A stretch of 52,939 bases of DNA, the filler included, from Ionaspis alba (Eukaryota): assembly GCA_964255285.1 (NCBI GenBank). It is 2 parts of 2 records of this genome, joined end to end, with 100 filler letters (N's around TTAATTAATTAA, not from the genome) between each part and the next. Parts side by side here need not be neighbours in the genome. Positions count along the whole stretch, not along the records: positions 26,525 to 52,939 come from CAXUUL010000147.1; 1 more part is not named here. One strand, 5' to 3'. This document shows, one piece after another, positions 46,945 through 52,939 of this stretch (positions are counted from its first letter, which is position 1; each line of letters opens with the position of its first letter). Both the position numbers and the translations under genes were made by a program. Below the pieces are notes generated by a model, which had not been told where the DNA came from, did no database searches, and was given only the letters and a program-made list of their open reading frames with translations.

Positions 46945-47119
46945 GGACTCAGCTCAAGACATTTTTGGCTCGTGGATTGCTTCTAGTAGCGCGGAAGGGA
47001 GCTTGGCGAGGGATGATAGCCACATCGGAGATATCGTAGAGCATAGCACTGGCGTTCAAGAAGGCATCGAGATACCCCTGCATGAGAGAATAGATAGATG
47101 AGATTCGTATTCTATTTCT

Positions 47120-47797
47120 TCAAGAGAACTTCGATGCAACATTCATAGCATCTGCCTCCTTGCCCATGCGAGCCATCCATCGATCCACCAGCTCCTTGTT
47201 CTCCTTTTGGAGCTTCTCGCGCTGAGCCTCCGCCATATTGAGCTGAAGAGTCAAAGAAACCGTTTCGTCATGTACGTCCTGAAACAGCGATCTTAGCCAT
47301 GCATGTTTCTGTTCTGTCTGAATAGGAATCATGTACCTCCAGGAGCTTTGCCTTGCCCCTTAGCTCTTCATCTCGGTCCCGCACTCTAATAGCAAGTGTA
47401 GACTTCTCAGCAGTGAGCTCGTTCAAGTGCCTAGACTCGGCCTTCAGCCTCAAATGGATCTGCTCGAGCTCCTTTTCGACGGCATCCAGCCGTTTCTGGA
47501 GCTCTCCTCGACTACGTTGCGCTTCCACAAGATCCTGTCGTATGGTGACTGCGACTTGTGCCGAGGGGGCGTCAGATGATGCATCCTCCACGAGACTTAC
47601 GGCGGTCGGCCTGCCCGTCTCTGAGCCCGTCGTTCTGTCTGCTAATTTCGTGTCTGCCAGGAAGCCTTAGCAAGTAGTCTTTGTATGACTATAAGACATG
47701 GAATGCTCTATCTACAAGAGTCATAAATTCCCTTGTTGGCCTGCTCAATAGAATCTCGGGCTGCCAATGCGGCAAGATAATCTCCTTGCCAGGACAT
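47120..47797 (-). CDS. ATG16: Autophagy protein Atg16 (3 exons)
   Basis: Introns 47654-47715 and 47279-47336. [22 protein letters not shown] (Atg5-binding helix), coiled coil [20 protein letters not shown] and [21 protein letters not shown]. Confidence 0.92.
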
Positions 47798-48388
47798 TAT
47801 TTTCAGAATGTTCAGAGCAGGCTTGACTTGTGAAGTTACATGTTCATGACCGAGACTTAGGTTTTGCGCGCTTGTAGCGGAGAGTTATGCCGGTGATTCA
47901 GATATTTAAATGCCAGACACTGCCTCGGAGTATAATCCCTTGTATTGACTTTGATTGAGTGCACATTATGTGCGGAGATATTCATTGCTTTGGAGGCCGT
48001 CAAGACGATGTGACGCAAGTCACTGCTTAGCCATCATAAAATGACTACTTAATTGTCCTTTGCTATTCTAGACTTAGCCTCCTATATAGCCAATAATGTA
48101 TTTCGTTGTCTTGGACCTGGCCTCTGTCAACGATAACCGATTAGCGCATGCCGTCATGTTCCCGCGCGGCTCCTTCCTCCATGACCTACGATACATCTCC
48201 TCCACTGCACCAAACTCTGAATACATTGTCAAGCTGCACTATTTAAACTCACTGAGCAAATACTGAACGCAAGAACAGCAGATCAGCCCTGCGCTCGGCA
48301 TCAAAGCTTCAACTAACTCTGCGTACCCCGTGCGAAACGCCGAATTAGACCCTAGGGTGCCTGCTCCAGTAGGGATTAGGCAATAGTG

Positions 48389-49284
48389 ATGGCTTCGAGG
48401 AAGAAGGTCCTCCTAAAGGTACGTACAACATCTTTATGTACTACGGAAATTAAGGCTAACTAGATACTCGTTTAGGTCATTATTCTAGGCGATAGCGGAG
48501 TTGGGAAGACGAGTCTGATGAACCAATATGTATGAGAGCCATTCCAGACCAGCGCGGTATGCAAGAGCCAGGTCTGATGGAGATACTTTGCAGGTCAACA
48601 AGAAGTTCAGTGCGAGTTACAAAGCTACAATTGGTGCAGATTTCCTCACAAAGGAAGTCCTTGTGGACGACCGACTAGTGACGATGCAGGTAAGTCACTC
48701 AATGCTGAAGCTTTATGCTCATTCTGACGGCCGACCAGTTGTGGGACACTGCTGGGCAAGAGAGATTTCAGTCATTAGGCGTCGCCTTCTATCGGGGCGC
48801 TGACTGCTGTGTTCTTGTCTATGATGTCAACAACTCGAAGAGTTTCGATACCCTGGACAGCTGGAGAGATGAATTCCTGATACAAGCTAGCCCTCGTGAT
48901 CCAGAGAGCTTTCCATTCGTATGTATACCGCACATGCTGCAGCGTTCGTGGCTGGAGCTGATAGAAATCTAGGTAGTCCTTGGCAACAAGATTGATGTAG
49001 AGGAGAACAAGCGCATGATATCGTCGAAGAGGGCGATGACGTTCTGTCAGTCGAAAGGTGGCATACCATACTTTGAGACTAGTGCAAAGGAAGCAGTCAA
49101 TGTCGAGCAAGCGTTTGAAGGTAGGATTTCCTGAGCTTCTGTAGCGGGCAAAACCGTATTAAGATTCCACTCAGTCATAGCAAGAAACGCCCTTGCCCAA
49201 GAGGAATCGGAAGAGTTCAGTGGGGACTTTTCTGATCCTATCGATATCCACCTGGATAAGGAGCGCGATGGTTGCGCCTGCTAA
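48389..49284 (+). CDS. YPT7: Rab7 GTPase Ypt7 (6 exons)
   Basis: Introns 48419-48475, 48530-48593, 48690-48738, 48919-48972 and 49121-49174. [51 protein letters not shown] and C-terminal CAC. Confidence 0.98.
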
Positions 49285-49593
49285 GGCTGACTTACGAGTT
49301 AGTGATGGGTCTGGGTTCTGGTGCATTTGAGCTATGAGTACGGTGTTTTGTCTTGGTTATCTTGTATACAGGTTTTGGGTGTACTGCGGTGGAGACGACT
49401 ATGTTCTAATGGCCAAAGACGTCCGCTAGCGTCATTTGCGTGTACCTGTCTTTGAGGACGTTTGTACATAACTCAAGACACTATAGAAGTCTGCAACCCA
49501 AGCAACTCTGACCATTACGAGAATGCTACTCTGTGCCCCGATTGCATCCATCGGTACGCCATCGCTATAATATCCCAAATTACGCAAAGACTA

Positions 49594-50754
49594 TCAAGCA
49601 GTAAAAACGTTGCCAGCCTCAATCTCTTCAAATGCGTTCATCGTGTGATTCCAGACCCTTTTCGCAAGATCGGTTTCTCGGGCTTCCTTGTACTTCTTCT
49701 GCGTGTCAATCGTTTCACCATTCCAATTGACAGAATAAGCGCCGCTACCACGATTGCCGTCCGTTCCCGTGGCTATTCCAACCTTCCCTTCAGTAGCACC
49801 AGTTTCTTTACTCGTCGCAATTTCAGTTCCAATGGCTTTTCGTGCTGGATATCGAGGAGTTGCGAGAAAAAGTGTTCGATCACCACATTCATCTGGTGGG
49901 ATAGAGAACGGTCGCATGATGGGACCCACCAGTCGCCATGTCAACTTGAACCACATTGGTAGGCCTGGATAGGTATATCCCGATGTAATGACCACGCTGG
50001 GGAAGACATGCACCAAACTAAGCCGCTCGCGATGTCGCTCAGCTAGATTCTCCATGAAGAATGTGGTCATGTATGTGACATGTGATCTTGCGTTTGCAAA
50101 GCCATAGTGCTTAGGGTCGCGCAGGGAGAGATCCTCGGGAAAGAGATTGCTTTCTTTTCCTGCTGCGTAGACCGATATAATGTGCGCGGGAAGCTGGGAC
50201 GAAAGGAGTAGAGGAAGGAGCTTGATGATAAAACGCATGCGTGAGTAGTAGAGAAGAGACATTTGCGTGTCAAGCCCTTCCTTGGTTTCTATTCATCGTT
50301 GTATTAAAATATTGTCCAATGTATTTACATCAAGAATGTAGCCGAAAGAAGAAAATATACCTCTCCGTGGCTCGAAGGACAAGAACGCTTGACTCATGAC
50401 CAAAAGATCCACTCTTGCGTCTCCACCAGCCGGAGTCTCCTTTTCTTCCAGGCTTGTGATCTCGGCGCAAACACGGTCGACATCTTTCAGCAAAGCTAGG
50501 TCTTTTGCTTGCACGAAATCAAATTTGCCCCGTTGACATAGTCGAGAGCATTCCGATATAGTTTTCTTAGCAGCTTCCGTGTTTCGACCAACGATGTAGA
50601 CGTGGAGTCCCTGTCTGGAATCTGAACACTTAGCAGCTAAAGCTTTCACAGTATATTCCCCAATGCCAGATGTGCCGCCGACGAAGACAGCAACAAGTGG
50701 TTGGCTTTTGACAAGAGTGGAAACACTAGAACGAACGATATCCAGTTGAACCAT
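49594..50754 (-). CDS. Short-chain dehydrogenase/reductase (fungal atypical SDR)
   Basis: ATG 50754, intron 50289-50360. Motifs VAVFVGGTSGIGE, YIVGRN, ETKEGLD..SLLYYSRMRF and ECGDRTLFLATPRYP. Confidence 0.88.
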
Positions 50755-51482
50755 GGCGGTAGATTTACACAAAATCTAGATAAATAATGTCAAATGGTAA
50801 GTCTGATGATAAGAGGAGCTGGTATCGAAGGATATGATTGATGCATTCGGCCTCTCGGACGTAGTTTATGTCCGAGTGTGGCCGAATACTGCTTTGATAG
50901 TAAGCGCAAGCGTCGTTACAGGATCTAAGCTCTGGTGTCAGCATCTATGCAAAAGAACTTGGAATCTATCTCTCAATCGTACAGCTCGTTTTATCAAAGC
51001 TTGTAGTCCCCGAATGATGATCAGACCAGCGACGGCGGGAATTGATTGTTGCCAAGCACAATAACCACAGTAGCTGGCGAAAAGCAGAGCCCCAGGGGTA
51101 GCTCACCAATTTCTCCTCCTGAAAACACGAGACATTGGCCCCTGAAAGCAACGACTGTCCAGACGAGGGGACATGAATCGTTAGCGCTACACAACTAGCA
51201 CAATACTCAGCGGAAAAAGCTCCTGGGGCACTTGCTGGAAATAGGGGACATAAAACAGAAAACGTGCCTTCTGAAGATTCCCCGCCAAGCCTCACGGAAT
51301 GGCACATGCCTTGCTTACGTGAAACGATGAACCACGTCAGGCATGCGCCTCAATGATGGTAAAGCCTTTATCCTCGACAGTCTATCAGAAAAACTTCCTC
51401 CATGAAGGAGAAAAAGTCGCTTCTGCCAATGCGTCTCGAGATCGTCCCTAATCTTTCGTGGAAGCCTCCATAATCACCCCTC

Positions 51483-52939
51483 ATGGCTGCGGGCAATCCT
51501 CCAGCGCCTCCGCTTGCAGCAGAGGACTTCTCTGTCCCAGCTCTGGAGTCGGACATTTCATTGGAACATGGCCCACGAGCGTCTACAACGTCTACGAGAT
51601 CTACAAGGATGGCAGCTCACTCGATGATGAAGGACATGACCACTCATGGAGGCATCGCGCGTCGGACATTTGGCATAATACTTCTGCTGACGACTGTGTT
51701 CCTATGGACTGTTTCCAACTTTCTTGCGAGTGTAAGTGTGAAGTATAATTCTTGGTATACAGGCACTGATGTAGAGCATAGACTATCTTTGCGGATAATT
51801 CATTCTCTAAGCCGTTTTTCGTAACCTACGTCAACTCGTCCTTTTTCTCGGTCCTCCTTGTGGGCATCTTCCTTCGTCGGTTATGGAGTAGCAAAGGAGA
51901 TATAGTGGGGGTCTTCAAGGGCAGAAGTGGGACGGATCAACATGCATGGACTAGGGAAGAGAATGAAGCATTCCTCAAACCCAATGACGAATCAGGACTT
52001 GGACATATGGAGCAGACCCCAAACCCTGCTATGTTACAGGACGATCAGCACAGATATTCTCAGAGAACCTTTCCTGGTGATGGTGCTAGGAAAGAAGACC
52101 GCCTAGATGTTCGGGAGACTGCACGGTTGAGCCTCCAGTTTTCAATATTATGGGTAAGTACTTCTGTAATAGTCGAGGTGTGCCAACAGAATTCACTAAC
52201 ACATATCAAAGTTCGCTGTAGGTCTAGACCGGAGAGTCCAAACGAACGTTTCTAACCTTGAGAACAGGCTAATTACTTCATCGCTACATGCCTTGAATAT
52301 ACTACTGTTGCGAGCTCTACTATTCTGATGTCTACCAGCAGTATGTCACGACAGTTCCGTTCGAAGCTCAGGGTTGGGCTGACTTAATAGGCATTTGGAC
52401 CCTGTTTTTCGGTGCACTCATAAAGGTTGAGCAATTCACTTTGAAGAAGATGATTGGCGTTCTCGCTTCTCTAGCAGGTATCATTCTCATATCAAGAGCA
52501 GATCTGTCTGGAGAGACGGACAAGAATCGCGGATCCTTCCCACACAAGTCTCCTATGCAAATTGGTATTGGTGATGCATTGGCTTTGGGAAGTGCAGTGC
52601 TCTACGGACTCTACACTGTTTACATGAAGAAGCGAGTAGGAGATGAAGCTAGGGTGGATATGCTCCTGTTCTTTGGCTTCGTCGGTGCCATAAATATGCT
52701 CCTAATTTGGCCATTTTTCATTGTCCTCCATTTCACGGGTTTGGAGCGCTTTGAAATGCCTCCTTCCAGCCGTATATGGACAATCGTGCTGGTAAGTGCA
52801 TCTGTCTGTGTCATATCCCTGGAGATGCTAAAACCATGGTAAATAGGTCAACTCCCTTACCTCTTTGATTTCGGATGTCACATGGGCCTATGCGATGCTG
52901 CTAACTTCTCCGCTCCTCGTCACAGTTGGACTGAGCTTG
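51483..52939 (+). CDS. SLC35F5/Thi74/YML018C-like EamA-family transporter (continues beyond the window)
   Basis: Introns 51732-51781, 52154-52211, 52218-52267, 52341-52390 and 52792-52846. Motifs VFLWTVSNFL, FSKPFFVTYVNSS, LWFAANYF..LEYTTVASSTIL, GDALALGSAVLYGLY and WAYAMLLTSPLLVTVGLSL. Confidence 0.9.

Noticed and set aside
50760..51480. TPP riboswitch upstream of the Thi74-like transporter
   Set aside because: No TPP aptamer signature (GCTGAGA together with TGAACTTGATC.GG.TAAT.CC.GCG) is visible upstream or in the introns.

Overview
Gene-dense region of a filamentous ascomycete (Pezizomycotina) nuclear genome, with short GT-AG/GC-AG introns and CTRAY branch sites. It carries about 22 protein genes: MMS22/Mus7, a BRD8/Bdc1-like bromodomain protein, DPH1, an AA5_1 copper radical oxidase, HMG-CoA lyase, a GatC-like subunit, truncated PFA3, a rhomboid protease, a YAP-binding/ALF4/glomulin protein, phospholipase D, a JMJD7-like protein, SPB1, a YML020W-like protein, DOT1, ATG16, YPT7, an SDR, a truncated SLC35F5/THI74-like transporter and several hypotheticals. 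The best find is missing from the ORF track: a 27-codon a-factor-type (CaaX) mating pheromone precursor, MSPSSNVPTPTAANGYRGIPGSGCTVM, at 33247-33330 (-). It has a TATA box, a 5'-UTR intron and HMG-box-type sites, and lies next to phospholipase D. A second CaaX-ending protein (9464-10369, -) is hidden by an apparently false gap. Also seen: an unannotated GC-AG-spliced membrane microprotein, a stop-free in-frame intron in PLD, a tandem insert in HMG-CoA lyase and a 6-nt microexon. Two assembly artefacts are present: a 100-N gap with duplicated flanks and a TTAATTAATTAA contig linker, so adjacency across 26425-26524 cannot be trusted. All calls come from reading the sequence; no database searches were run.
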